64,000 bases of DNA from Verrucomicrobiota bacterium. Lineage in GTDB: Bacteria > Verrucomicrobiota > Verrucomicrobiia > Limisphaerales > DSYF01. The notes below the pieces were generated by a model. It saw nothing but the letters and a program-made list of their open reading frames with translations, had not been told where the DNA came from and searched no databases. The position numbers were made by a program, and so were the translations under genes. Positions 17,763 to 27,334 of the stretch are shown one piece after another (the stretch's first letter is position 1; every line of letters starts with the position of its first letter). The DNA lies in contig JALOTZ010000005.1 of the NCBI GenBank assembly GCA_025457615.1, positions 10,216-74,215 of the forward strand, in the 5' to 3' direction.

Positions 17763-18905
17763 ATGCGATCCATGGACCAGGTTCGTCTCGGGGTGGTGGG
17801 ATTGGGCAACATCGGACGTTTCCACGCGTCCTGCCTCCTGGAGGGCAAGGTGCGCGGAGCGGAGCTGACGTGCGTCTGTTCGCGGCGCGACCAGCCCCTG
17901 CCCGCGACAGCGCCGGTGCAGGTGTTCCCTGAACTTCCGTCGCTCCTCCAGTCGGGCTTGGTGGATGCCGTGGTGATTGCCACGCCGCATCCGCAGCACG
18001 CCGCCGAGGGGATCGCCGCGTTCGAGGCCGGGCTGCACGTCCTGATGGAGAAACCCATCGCCGCCCACAAGGCCGAGGCCGAACGCCTGATCGCGGCGCA
18101 GGCGCGCCATCCGCAGACGGTCTTCGCGGCTATGTATCAGTTCCGAACCGAGCCGCGCTACCGGAAGATCCGTGAGTTGATCCAGCGGGAAGCGTTGGGA
18201 CGGTTGGTCCGGGTGAACTGGATCAACACGGACTGGTTTCGCACGGACGCCTATTACGCCAGCAGCGCGTGGCGGGCCACCTGGCAGGGAGAAGGCGGAG
18301 GCGTGTTGATCAACCAATGCCTGCACAACCTCGACCTGCTGCAATGGCTCTGCGGCATGCCCGCACGCGTGCAGGGCTTCGCCCGCCTCGGACACTACCA
18401 CCCGATTGAAGTCGAGGATGACGTCACCGCGTGGCTCGAATGGCCGGAGGGCGCGACGGGGATTTTTATTGGATCCACGGGGGAATCGCCGGGCACCAAC
18501 CGGCTCGAGATCACCGGGTCACGCGGCCGGTTGGTGTTGGAAGGCGGGCGGCTCACCGTGGACCGGAACGAAGCCGACATGCTCGAATTCTGCCGGACCG
18601 CTCAGGACGGCTTCGGCAAACCGAAATCGAACCGGGAGGAGATCCCGTTCGAACCGGTCCAGGAACCCCATGTGGCGGTGATGCAGAACTTCGTGGACGC
18701 CATCCGAGAGGGAATTCCCCTGCTGGCGCCGGGCGCGGAGGGGCTCCGCTCGGTCGAACTGGCCAACGCCATCCTCTTCTCATCCCTGCTCCATCGCCCC
18801 GTGGACCTGCCGCTGGACGGCGCCGCGTGGGAGGCGCGGTTGCACGACCTGATCGCGCAGTCCGCCCTCGCCCCAGCGGGTCAATTGGACACCAGCCGGA
18901 AATAG
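17763..18905 (+). CDS. Gfo/Idh/MocA family oxidoreductase
   Basis: Start placed at MRSMDQVRLGVVGLGNIGRFH (Rossmann GxGxxG). EKP motif (VLMEKPIA). The 3' end overlaps the convergent GH13 gene by 25 nt. Confidence 0.85.
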   Translation: MRSMDQVRLGVVGLGNIGRFHASCLLEGKVRGAELTCVCSRRDQPLPATAPVQVFPELPSLLQSGLVDAVVIATPHPQHAAEGIAAFEAGLHVLMEKPIAAHKAEAERLIAAQARHPQTVFAAMYQFRTEPRYRKIRELIQREALGRLVRVNWINTDWFRTDAYYASSAWRATWQGEGGGVLINQCLHNLDLLQWLCGMPARVQGFARLGHYHPIEVEDDVTAWLEWPEGATGIFIGSTGESPGTNRLEITGSRGRLVLEGGRLTVDRNEADMLEFCRTAQDGFGKPKSNREEIPFEPVQEPHVAVMQNFVDAIREGIPLLAPGAEGLRSVELANAILFSSLLHRPVDLPLDGAAWEARLHDLIAQSALAPAGQLDTSRK

Positions 18906-21619
18906 CGGTTCCCGTTGGCGGCCGGGACCAGAACCTGGTTCAGGCCGTTGGTCGTGATCACGCTGTTGGTCACGCTGGTCCAGCTTCCGGCGCTGAGATC
19001 GGGGTTCTGCTGCAAACTGAATCCCGAGAAGGAAGCCGGCCAGGAGAGCAGGCCGGTGCCGGATTCGACCAGTTGAATGCTCAAGGTGGGCGGGTTGGTG
19101 GAGTACTGGATGGTGTCGCTCACGAAATAGGCGGCGCTGCCATCGGCCCAATACTGCACTTGGATGTCCTGGGTGCCAGGCGTCGGTGAAACGGCAGCGG
19201 TGGTGGTGGGGGCGTAGGCTTGCCAGGCGGACCAGGGCGCGCTGCCGACCCGCACCCGCAACTGACCGGCCCCGGTGGCCTTGTGGTACAGGGTCACGTT
19301 CGTGGAGGCGGTAATGGTGGCCCCGAGGTTGACGAGCGCGGTGTCATTGGTGGCAGTCCGGTTCGCCAGAATGTTGGCATTGCTCCCACACAGGTAGCGG
19401 GTGCGGAACTGGCCGAACAGGTTGAGCCCGGCGGAGCTGAGGGCGGTGGACAGGACCTCCGCGGTATGAATGCCTTCGCCGACGGCGACCGTGTAGGACA
19501 GCTCGCGCGTGGGGGCGTCCCAGGTGAGCGCGGCTGGGGAAACGGCCTGCCCGTTGTGACGGAAGGCAGCTTTCAGCGAAGCCTCATCCATGGGCTCGCT
19601 GAACTTGAGGCGCACGGTGAGGTTGCTGCTCAGGACGCGCTCGTCGTGGGCCGGAACCGCGTTGGTCACCACGGGACTGAGCGGCTTGAGGTTGCCCTGC
19701 CGGACAAAGACCTTGGTTTGGTAGCCGCCCACATCGAGCGAGGCGAGCTTGCCGTCGGTGGTCAAGGTGTAGGTTTCGGACGGATTGAGGGCATTGACGA
19801 TGACGTCGCCTGCGCTCCAGCCGGTGAAAAGGTCCCCCAGGCCGCCGCCCGCCTGCAGTTGGGCGCTCCAGGTATTGAAGGCCACCAGGGCCCAGTTGGT
19901 GGGATCGCCCAGGGCCCGCGAGTAGATGTAAATCCCGTTCTGGCCGGTGCCGCCCTGGTTCCACCGCTCGTACACGGTGTCACCGCTTTGCAACACCGGA
20001 TACTTCTCGCGCACGTTCATGCACTTCTGCACCCAGAGGAACTGTGGATGGGTCATGTCGAAGTTGTCCTTCTGCGCCGGGTTGGGGCTGACCAGCGCGT
20101 TGACGTTGTCCCACGCCAGGCTGGTCATGAAATCCTCGCGCGACCAGCCGTCCAGCGCCGTGCCGTAGGAACAAAAGCCCTGCTCGTCGCCGTAATAAAA
20201 CAGCGGGATGCCCGGCCAGAACGCGATGATCGCGCTGGAGAGATCGGTCTTCTGGAAACCCTGCGCCGCACCGGCGGGATTGTGCACCATGCGCCACTGG
20301 TCGTGGTTGTTGTAGAAGTTCAGGTGCGTGTAGCGCACCTCGCCCCAGGCCGGATCATAGAAGTCATAGGCATTCAGGTCGGCGTCCAGGCCCGTCTTCA
20401 GCTTGGTGAGGCTATGGTCGTCCTGGTTCTTGACCGCCGCCTGGAAGAAATCGAAGTAGGCGCGGTAGTTGATCCCGCCGTCCATGGTGTAATCCCCGTC
20501 GATGAACGAGAAGGGTTGGCCGTACATGTTCGGGCTCTTGCCGCGACCCACCATGGTGGCGGCCCGCTCGCGCGAGCAATAAAACTCGCCGTAGATGAAG
20601 AAGTCGTTCTTGCCCAGGGACGCCGCGTGCGCCTTGACGGCCGGACACCAGCGCCCGAAGAAGTAACGCGGCACCTGCATGGGCGTGTCCATCCGGATGC
20701 CGTCAATGTCCGTCGAGGCGATGAGCGCCTTGGTCATGGCGATGATCTTGTCCTGCACGCGCGGATGCGTGGTGCGCACGTCGTCGAGCGCGCCGTAGAT
20801 CTTGCCCAGATGATTTTGCCACGGGTCGCCGTAATCCCCCAGGTCGCCGTTGTGATGCAGGTCGCTGTCCCAGAACGACCCCCCGCCGGGATCCACGCGC
20901 ACATAACCATCGTCGCCGAAGACGTTGCAGTATTGGCCGCTGGGATACCAGGTGTTGTTGACGGGGAAGTCCACGTAGGTCTGGGCCGGGTCGCGCGGGT
21001 GCAGGCTGTATTCGCCCGAGTGAAACCGGAAGGGCGCACCGTCGTTGGGATGACCGTCGAAGTAATACAGGTTTTCCAGGTGGTTCACGACGATGTCCAC
21101 AATCACGTACAGGCCCAGCTCGTGTGCCCGCGTGACCATGGCGCGGAAGTCGTCCAGCGTCCCAAATCGCTGGTCCAGCAGCGTGAAATCGATCTGCCCG
21201 TAGCCGTGGTAGGAATTGTTCCGATTCTGGAAGATGGGCGAGACCCAGATGGCCTGGTAGCCGAGGGCGCGGATGTAGGGGAGCTTGTCGCGGACGCCGA
21301 GGAAATCCCCGCCGTGCCGCGTGCCCACATCGCGCAGGTCATAGCCGGGATAGGCCAGCTCGTTGTTGGCCGGATCCCCGTCGTTCCAGCGGTCGGTGAT
21401 GAACTGGTAGATCGGAATCTTGCGCCAGTCATCCGGCGACGGGAAATAGGTGTGACCGCTCCAGCCGCCGTAGTAATCCGACGGGGTGGCGTTGGAATTG
21501 AGGTTGACGTTCCAGGCGCTGTTCCCCGGCGACCACGGAGCGGCGCAGGCGGGTTGCTCCTGGAGCGCAAGTCCGGCCACCAGGATCAGGAGGTTGCGGC
21601 AGAGTCGGAATCGTTTCAT
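18881..21619 (-). CDS. secreted GH13 alpha-amylase-family glycoside hydrolase with C-terminal Ig-like and sorting-type domains
   Basis: Start placed at MKRFRLCRNLLILVAG (signal peptide). GH13 regions DIVVNH, DGIRMDTP, IYGEF and YNNHDQ. Long beta-rich C-terminal extension. Confidence 0.85.
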   Translation of the reverse strand: MKRFRLCRNLLILVAGLALQEQPACAAPWSPGNSAWNVNLNSNATPSDYYGGWSGHTYFPSPDDWRKIPIYQFITDRWNDGDPANNELAYPGYDLRDVGTRHGGDFLGVRDKLPYIRALGYQAIWVSPIFQNRNNSYHGYGQIDFTLLDQRFGTLDDFRAMVTRAHELGLYVIVDIVVNHLENLYYFDGHPNDGAPFRFHSGEYSLHPRDPAQTYVDFPVNNTWYPSGQYCNVFGDDGYVRVDPGGGSFWDSDLHHNGDLGDYGDPWQNHLGKIYGALDDVRTTHPRVQDKIIAMTKALIASTDIDGIRMDTPMQVPRYFFGRWCPAVKAHAASLGKNDFFIYGEFYCSRERAATMVGRGKSPNMYGQPFSFIDGDYTMDGGINYRAYFDFFQAAVKNQDDHSLTKLKTGLDADLNAYDFYDPAWGEVRYTHLNFYNNHDQWRMVHNPAGAAQGFQKTDLSSAIIAFWPGIPLFYYGDEQGFCSYGTALDGWSREDFMTSLAWDNVNALVSPNPAQKDNFDMTHPQFLWVQKCMNVREKYPVLQSGDTVYERWNQGGTGQNGIYIYSRALGDPTNWALVAFNTWSAQLQAGGGLGDLFTGWSAGDVIVNALNPSETYTLTTDGKLASLDVGGYQTKVFVRQGNLKPLSPVVTNAVPAHDERVLSSNLTVRLKFSEPMDEASLKAAFRHNGQAVSPAALTWDAPTRELSYTVAVGEGIHTAEVLSTALSSAGLNLFGQFRTRYLCGSNANILANRTATNDTALVNLGATITASTNVTLYHKATGAGQLRVRVGSAPWSAWQAYAPTTTAAVSPTPGTQDIQVQYWADGSAAYFVSDTIQYSTNPPTLSIQLVESGTGLLSWPASFSGFSLQQNPDLSAGSWTSVTNSVITTNGLNQVLVPAANGNRYFRLVSN

Positions 21620-21827
21620 AACGGCATGTCGTCCGAACAGTATGGCCCCTGGCCGGCGAGCGGGGTAGCGCACAAACATGCGGTAAGGCTTGAGCGTGGA
21701 AACTGTCGGCCCACCCCTCCCCCGAGCAGTGCCCCGGCATCCCGGGGGTTGCGTTTGGTCATTGGCAGGCCCGGCATCCTGGGTTAGCTTGGCGCCGGTT
21801 CTCAACGAAACGCATGGGTTGTGCATC

Positions 21828-22475
21828 ATGAATTGGGCTTGGCTGCGCATCGCCCCGTGGCTGGACACACGGGCGCGGTTTGTGTCGAGGGTGCCTCGGG
21901 GGGGACGGCTGCTGGACCTGGGTTCCTCGGATGGCGAAACGCTCCACCACATGGGCGAGTTGCGTCCGGATCTCCGGTTTCTTTCGGTGGACCTCGAAGG
22001 GGTGCCGGAGCGATATCCGAAGGGAACCGACTTTGCGCGGGCGAATCTGGAGCAGGATCGGCTGCCTTGGCCGGACAGCTCCGTGGATGCGGTCACCTGC
22101 ATGCACGTGGTGGAACATCTGCACGGGTTGACGAACCTGTTTGCCGAGACGGCCCGGCTGCTCAAGCCGGGTGGCCAAGCCTATTTCGAAACGCCGCATC
22201 CCAAGACGGTGCACTGGCCCAGCGCCCAAGGGCGGTTCACCTTGAACTTTTACGATGACCCGACCCATGTGAAACCCGTGTCGCCGGGACAACTGGCGGA
22301 AGCGGCTCAGCGCGCGGGGCTGAGCCCCATCCACTCGGGGGTCTCGCGCAACTGGGTGTTTGTGGCAGCGTGGCCCCTGCTGTATTTCACGCGACCCAGC
22401 CGGAGCCGCTTCACGGCGCGCGTGCATTGGGGTGGGTGGTCGGCCTGCCTGATCGCGCAGAAGCCGCGAGCGTGA
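21828..22475 (+). CDS. class I SAM-dependent methyltransferase
   Basis: Start placed at MNWAWLRI. Motif I LLDLGSSDG and post-I/II motifs (VDAVTCMHVVEHL, LKPGG). Confidence 0.7.
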   Translation: MNWAWLRIAPWLDTRARFVSRVPRGGRLLDLGSSDGETLHHMGELRPDLRFLSVDLEGVPERYPKGTDFARANLEQDRLPWPDSSVDAVTCMHVVEHLHGLTNLFAETARLLKPGGQAYFETPHPKTVHWPSAQGRFTLNFYDDPTHVKPVSPGQLAEAAQRAGLSPIHSGVSRNWVFVAAWPLLYFTRPSRSRFTARVHWGGWSACLIAQKPRA

Positions 22476-22491
22476 GAAGGGAGAACTCCGC

Positions 22492-23574
22492 ATGCAGAAG
22501 GCAGAAGTCGGAACACACCAGCCGGCGGGCAGGCAATCCTTGAATGGTGAATCCAGCATGGTAAATCGAGCCTCCCACCCTCCGCCGCCGGCCTCCCGAA
22601 AACCCAAATTGCTCGTGCTGGAGTTGTGGGGGATTGGTGATTTGATCATCGCCTCCCCATTCCTCCGTGAGGCCTGCCGGAGCTACGAGGTGACCCTGCT
22701 GGCCCAGGCTTACGCGGTGGAAATGCGGCCTCATTGCTGGCCTGGGGTGCAGGTGCTCCCCTTTCGCATGCCCTGGACGGTGCATCGCGGCAAATACCGC
22801 CTTCACAAGTGGCCGTGGATCCAACTGACACGCCTGGTCTGGCAGATGCGCCGGGAGCATTTCCAGGTGGCCGTGTCGGCCCGGTGGGACCCGCGCGATG
22901 ATGTCGTGATGTGGTTGTCGGGAGCACAGGAGCGGATTGGTTTCCCGCGCATGGGCAGCGGGGTGGTCGAAACCCGTTCCCTGAACCGGCCGGATCCCAT
23001 TGCCCACCGGCATGAACGGTGGCGGACCATCGCCCGGGCCTTGGACCTGGTCGTTCCCCCCATCGGTGAGGCAGTTCAACCAGTCAGCCGCCGGAATGGA
23101 TCCGTCCTGTTGCATAGCGGTGCGGGAAAGCTGATCCGGGTCTGGCCGCTGGAGCGGTTCCAGGGGCTGATCCGCCGCCTGCGAACGGCTGGCTACCGGG
23201 TGCAGGTGGCCTGCGACATGGAGCAGAGCGGCTGGTGGCGGGATCACGGAGAACGCGAGGTGAGTGTCCCAACGGATCTCGAGAATTTATTGCAGCTTGT
23301 CAACGCGGCGGGGGCTTTCATTGGCAACGATTCGGGACCCGGGCATGTGGCCGGTTACCTGGGGGTTCCCACGTTCACCTTGTTCGGTCCCCAGGTGCCG
23401 GAATGGTTTGTTCCCCTGCATCCCGAGGCCGAATGGATGGAAGGCGCGCCCTGCCCCTACAAACCTTGTTTTGATTACTGCCGGTTTCCCGAGCCGTTGT
23501 GTCTCACAGGCATAACCGAGGAACAGGCATGGGTGCGGATCAAGGCGTTTGTGGAACGACATGTGGATCGTTGA
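22492..23574 (+). CDS. glycosyltransferase family 9 (LPS heptosyltransferase-like)
   Basis: KLLVLELWGIGDLIIASPFL N-terminus and GNDSGPGHVA motif near the C-terminus. Alternative start at 22558. Confidence 0.8.
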   Translation: MQKAEVGTHQPAGRQSLNGESSMVNRASHPPPPASRKPKLLVLELWGIGDLIIASPFLREACRSYEVTLLAQAYAVEMRPHCWPGVQVLPFRMPWTVHRGKYRLHKWPWIQLTRLVWQMRREHFQVAVSARWDPRDDVVMWLSGAQERIGFPRMGSGVVETRSLNRPDPIAHRHERWRTIARALDLVVPPIGEAVQPVSRRNGSVLLHSGAGKLIRVWPLERFQGLIRRLRTAGYRVQVACDMEQSGWWRDHGEREVSVPTDLENLLQLVNAAGAFIGNDSGPGHVAGYLGVPTFTLFGPQVPEWFVPLHPEAEWMEGAPCPYKPCFDYCRFPEPLCLTGITEEQAWVRIKAFVERHVDR

Positions 23575-23661
23575 ATTCTGACCCGGCATCCGGCATGGCC
23601 AATCGTCCGGACCGGGAGATCGCAGCTTGCCAGGCCTGAACGGCCCGGACTATATCGCGGT

Positions 23662-24492
23662 ATGCGCTTTTCCATCATCACGCCCAGCCTGAACAACCGT
23701 GGCTGGTTGGAATTGTGCGCTGCATCCGTGACGGATCAGCAAGGAGTGGAGGTCGAGCATATCGTGCAGGATGGAGGTTCCACCGACGGGACTGGCGAGT
23801 GGTTGAAAACGCATCCGGAGGTGCGCGGCTTCGTGGAGAAGGATCAGGGAATGTATGATGCGGTCAACCGCGGATTTCGGCGCGCGACGGGCGAGGTTCT
23901 GGCCTGGCTGAATTGCGATGAACAATACCTGCCGGGCGCGCTCCAGACGGTGGCGAAGGTGTTCAAATCCAACCCGGCCATCGACATGGTTTTCGGCGAC
24001 ATTGTGCTGGCGGACAACACCGGCCGCTACCTGTGTCATCGCCGGGTCGAACGGCCGCTGCTCCATCACACCTGGGTGTGCCACCTGTCCACCCTGAGCT
24101 GCGCCATGTTTTTTCGGAGCCGGCTGCTGGCCTCCAGAGATGCGTTCCTGGACACCTCCTATCGGTGCGGCGGGGACGGCGAGTGGATGGTTCGTCTGCT
24201 GCGGCGGGGTGTTCGGATGATTGCCGTGCGGCATTTCACGTCGTTGTTCACGCTCCACGGGGATAACCTGAGCCGCAGCGCGATGGCGCGGGAGGAGTGG
24301 CGCCGGCTTCGCAACACCGCCCCGGCCTGGGTCCGCACCTTCAGCCCGATCTGGATTCTTCATCACCGGATCCGGCGCCTGATCCATGGGAGTTATCGGC
24401 AGACGCCGTTCGCGTTTTCAGCCTACACACCGGAATCGCCAAAGCGCCGCATCGAGCAGTTCGTAGCCCAGCCAACCTTCCGGTGCCCTTGA
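23662..24492 (+). CDS. glycosyltransferase family 2
   Basis: FSIITPSLN...QDGGSTDGT and a DxD-type NCDE segment. Confidence 0.8.
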   Translation: MRFSIITPSLNNRGWLELCAASVTDQQGVEVEHIVQDGGSTDGTGEWLKTHPEVRGFVEKDQGMYDAVNRGFRRATGEVLAWLNCDEQYLPGALQTVAKVFKSNPAIDMVFGDIVLADNTGRYLCHRRVERPLLHHTWVCHLSTLSCAMFFRSRLLASRDAFLDTSYRCGGDGEWMVRLLRRGVRMIAVRHFTSLFTLHGDNLSRSAMAREEWRRLRNTAPAWVRTFSPIWILHHRIRRLIHGSYRQTPFAFSAYTPESPKRRIEQFVAQPTFRCP

Positions 24493-24632
24493 TAAACATC
24501 GAGCGCGGAGCCTGAGGCGGGAAACCGGGGGGCGGAATCGAAATCCGAGGGGCAAGGGGCCCGCATCCGGCAACGCCGCTCGGGTGACGAATTGCTGTTG
24601 CGTGCCGATCGGGGTTGCTTACTTTGCGGCTG

Positions 24633-26285
24633 ATGAAGATCGGGGTGCTCCAGCTCAATGCCACGGTCGGGGATTTCGCCGGCAACGGGCGGAGGGCCAC
24701 CGAGGGTTATCGCCAGGCTTGCCAGCAAGGGGCGCAGTTCGTGCTGGCGCCGGAATTGTTCCTGTGCGGTTATCCCCCGCGCGACCTTCTGTTGCGGGAC
24801 GATTTCGTGGAGCGGGGGATGAAGGCGCTTGAGTCGCTGGCCGCCCACATCGGAGCTGTGCCGCTGTGTCTCGGGGTCGTCCTCCGGCACCGGGGCACGA
24901 CCGGGCGGCCGCTGCACAACTCCGCGGTCATCCTGCAGCACGGCCGGATGGTCTTTCAACAGCACAAGGCTTTGCTCCCCACCTATGACGTGTTCGACGA
25001 GGACCGTTACTTCGAGCCGGGCGGCACCTTCCCAGTCTTCACCCATGGGGGGCGCCGTCTGGGCATCACGATCTGTGAAGATATCTGGAATGATGCGGAT
25101 TTCTGGCCCGAACGGCGGTACGCGCGCGACCCAGTCAAGGAACTGATCACCAGCGGCGCGGACCTGATCCTCAACCTTTCAGCTTCCCCGTGGCATGTGG
25201 GCAAGGAGCATACGCGGCTGGCGATGCTGCAGCGGGCGGCCCGGGACGAGGGTCTGGCCTTGGTTCAGGCCAACAGCGTCGGGGCGAACGACGAGTTGAT
25301 CTTTGACGGCAACAGTGTGGCGTTGGATGCGCGTGGACGCGTTCTGGCCCGCTGCGCCGCGTTCGAGGAGGAGGTGCGCGTGGTCGATCTGGCGGAGAAG
25401 CATGGGGAAGCCCAAACTGCCGGGTCACCGGACGAAGAGATGTTGTATCGGGCCCTGACGCTGGGGATTCGCGACTACGTGCGCAAGTGCGGGTTCCAGC
25501 GCGTGGTGATCGGGCTTTCAGGCGGCATCGACTCGGCCGTCACCGCCGTACTGGCGGCCGAAGCCCTGGGGGCCGACCAGGTCATGGGGGTGTCCATGCC
25601 CGCACGGTATTCCAGTGAAGGAAGCCGGACCGACGCGGCGAAACTGGCGGCCACCCTGGGCATCCGTTACGAGGTGCTGCCGGTGGAGGAGGCCTTTCAG
25701 GCCATGGAACGCCAGCTGAAAGGGATGTTCGCCGGGCTCCAGCCAGACATCACCGAGGAAAACATCCAATCGCGGTTGCGCGGGGTCACCCTGATGGCGT
25801 TGTCCAACAAGTTCGGTGGCCTGGTGCTGACCACGGGAAACAAGTCCGAGATGGCGGTGGGCTACTGCACCCTCTACGGCGACATGTGTGGCGCGCTGGC
25901 GGTGATCGCGGATGTATTCAAGACGGACGTGTACCGGTTGGCCCGCTGGATCAATCGGGAGCGGGAGATCATCCCGGCCTCCACGATCCACAAGCCGCCG
26001 AGTGCCGAGCTGCGGCCGAACCAGAAGGACCAGGATTCGCTGCCTCCCTACGAGGTGTTGGACAGCATCCTGCACTGTTACGTCGTGGAACACCTGAGTC
26101 CGTCCGAGATCGTTCGGCGCGGGCACGACCCGGCGGTGGTGACGGACGTGATCAACAAGGTGACCTTCAGCGAATACAAGCGGCGGCAGGCGGCTCCGGG
26201 TCTGAAGGTGTCGCCCCGGGCCTTCGGGATGGGACGGCGGATCCCGGTGGCGCAGCGGTTCCGGGCGGGGGAAGGCGGAGTGTAG
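24633..26285 (+). CDS. nadE: glutamine-dependent NAD+ synthetase
   Basis: N-terminal CN-hydrolase domain (ICEDIW) and C-terminal synthetase domain with the SGGIDS PP-loop. Start placed at MKIGVLQLN. Confidence 0.93.
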   Translation: MKIGVLQLNATVGDFAGNGRRATEGYRQACQQGAQFVLAPELFLCGYPPRDLLLRDDFVERGMKALESLAAHIGAVPLCLGVVLRHRGTTGRPLHNSAVILQHGRMVFQQHKALLPTYDVFDEDRYFEPGGTFPVFTHGGRRLGITICEDIWNDADFWPERRYARDPVKELITSGADLILNLSASPWHVGKEHTRLAMLQRAARDEGLALVQANSVGANDELIFDGNSVALDARGRVLARCAAFEEEVRVVDLAEKHGEAQTAGSPDEEMLYRALTLGIRDYVRKCGFQRVVIGLSGGIDSAVTAVLAAEALGADQVMGVSMPARYSSEGSRTDAAKLAATLGIRYEVLPVEEAFQAMERQLKGMFAGLQPDITEENIQSRLRGVTLMALSNKFGGLVLTTGNKSEMAVGYCTLYGDMCGALAVIADVFKTDVYRLARWINREREIIPASTIHKPPSAELRPNQKDQDSLPPYEVLDSILHCYVVEHLSPSEIVRRGHDPAVVTDVINKVTFSEYKRRQAAPGLKVSPRAFGMGRRIPVAQRFRAGEGGV

Positions 26286-26371
26286 ATTGCAAAAGGGCAA
26301 GTGTGCAGCTTGCGTTGGGCAGGGTGGCGGCCCCATGATGGCGCTGCGCGCCGCCCGATGAACTTACCGGC

Positions 26372-27334
26372 ATGAAGATCTCCGTCGTCATCCCCTGTTA
26401 CAATGAGGAGGCCGTGCTGCCGGAGTTGTTTCGTCGTGTGACTTCCGCGGGGCAGACGTGGGGCTGCGATTGGGAGGCCGTCTGCGTGGATGACGGTTCC
26501 GCAGACCGCACCTGGGAATTGATCGTCCGCCAACACCAACGTGACTCCCGGTGGCTCGGATTGAGCCTGTCACGCAACTTCGGGCATCAGTCGGCGGTCA
26601 GCGCGGGCTTGTTTCACGCCCAAGGGGATGCGGTGGTGGTGCTGGACGCAGATTTGCAGGATCCGCCCGAGGTGTTGTCGCGGTTCCTCGAGAAGTGGCG
26701 GGCGGGGTTTCAGGTTGTCTATGGCGTGCGGACGCTTCGCAAGGAAGGCTGGTTCAAGCGGGCGTGTTACTGGGGGTTCTACCGGTTGCTCGCCCGCGTG
26801 TCGCCCACCAACATCCCCCTGGACTCCGGCGACTTCTGCCTGATGGATCGCCGGGTGGTGGAGGTGCTGAGGCAAATGCCCGAGCGCAACCGGTTTGTCC
26901 GGGGTCTGCGGGCGTGGGCGGGTTTCCGCCAGGTCGGAGTGGAATACGAACGGGACGCGCGGCTGGCGGGCGAAGCCAAGTACACCCTGCGGAGGCTCTC
27001 GCGCCTGGCGCTGGATGGCCTCTTCAGCTTTTCGACGGTACCGCTGAGCCTGGTGTCACAGGCAGGGCTGTGGATTTCGGGACTGGCGCTGCTGGGCATT
27101 CTGTGGACGCTGACCACCAAGTTGTTCAGCGACTATTTCGCCCAATGGGGGTTTCCACCCGTGCAGGGGTTCACCACGATCGTGATTTCGGTGTTGTTCC
27201 TCGGGGGCATCCAGTTGCTGAGCCTGGGCATCATTGGCGAATATCTGGGGCGGGTGTACGACGAGGTCAAACGACGCCCGCCCTGGGTGATCGCCGACAG
27301 CGCCGGAGTTGAGGTTCAGACACCTGACTTGTGA
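26372..27334 (+). CDS. GT2 polyprenyl-phosphate glycosyltransferase (ArnC/DPM1-like)
   Basis: ISVVIPCYNEE, VLDADLQDPPE and two C-terminal TM helices. Confidence 0.85.
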   Translation: MKISVVIPCYNEEAVLPELFRRVTSAGQTWGCDWEAVCVDDGSADRTWELIVRQHQRDSRWLGLSLSRNFGHQSAVSAGLFHAQGDAVVVLDADLQDPPEVLSRFLEKWRAGFQVVYGVRTLRKEGWFKRACYWGFYRLLARVSPTNIPLDSGDFCLMDRRVVEVLRQMPERNRFVRGLRAWAGFRQVGVEYERDARLAGEAKYTLRRLSRLALDGLFSFSTVPLSLVSQAGLWISGLALLGILWTLTTKLFSDYFAQWGFPPVQGFTTIVISVLFLGGIQLLSLGIIGEYLGRVYDEVKRRPPWVIADSAGVEVQTPDL

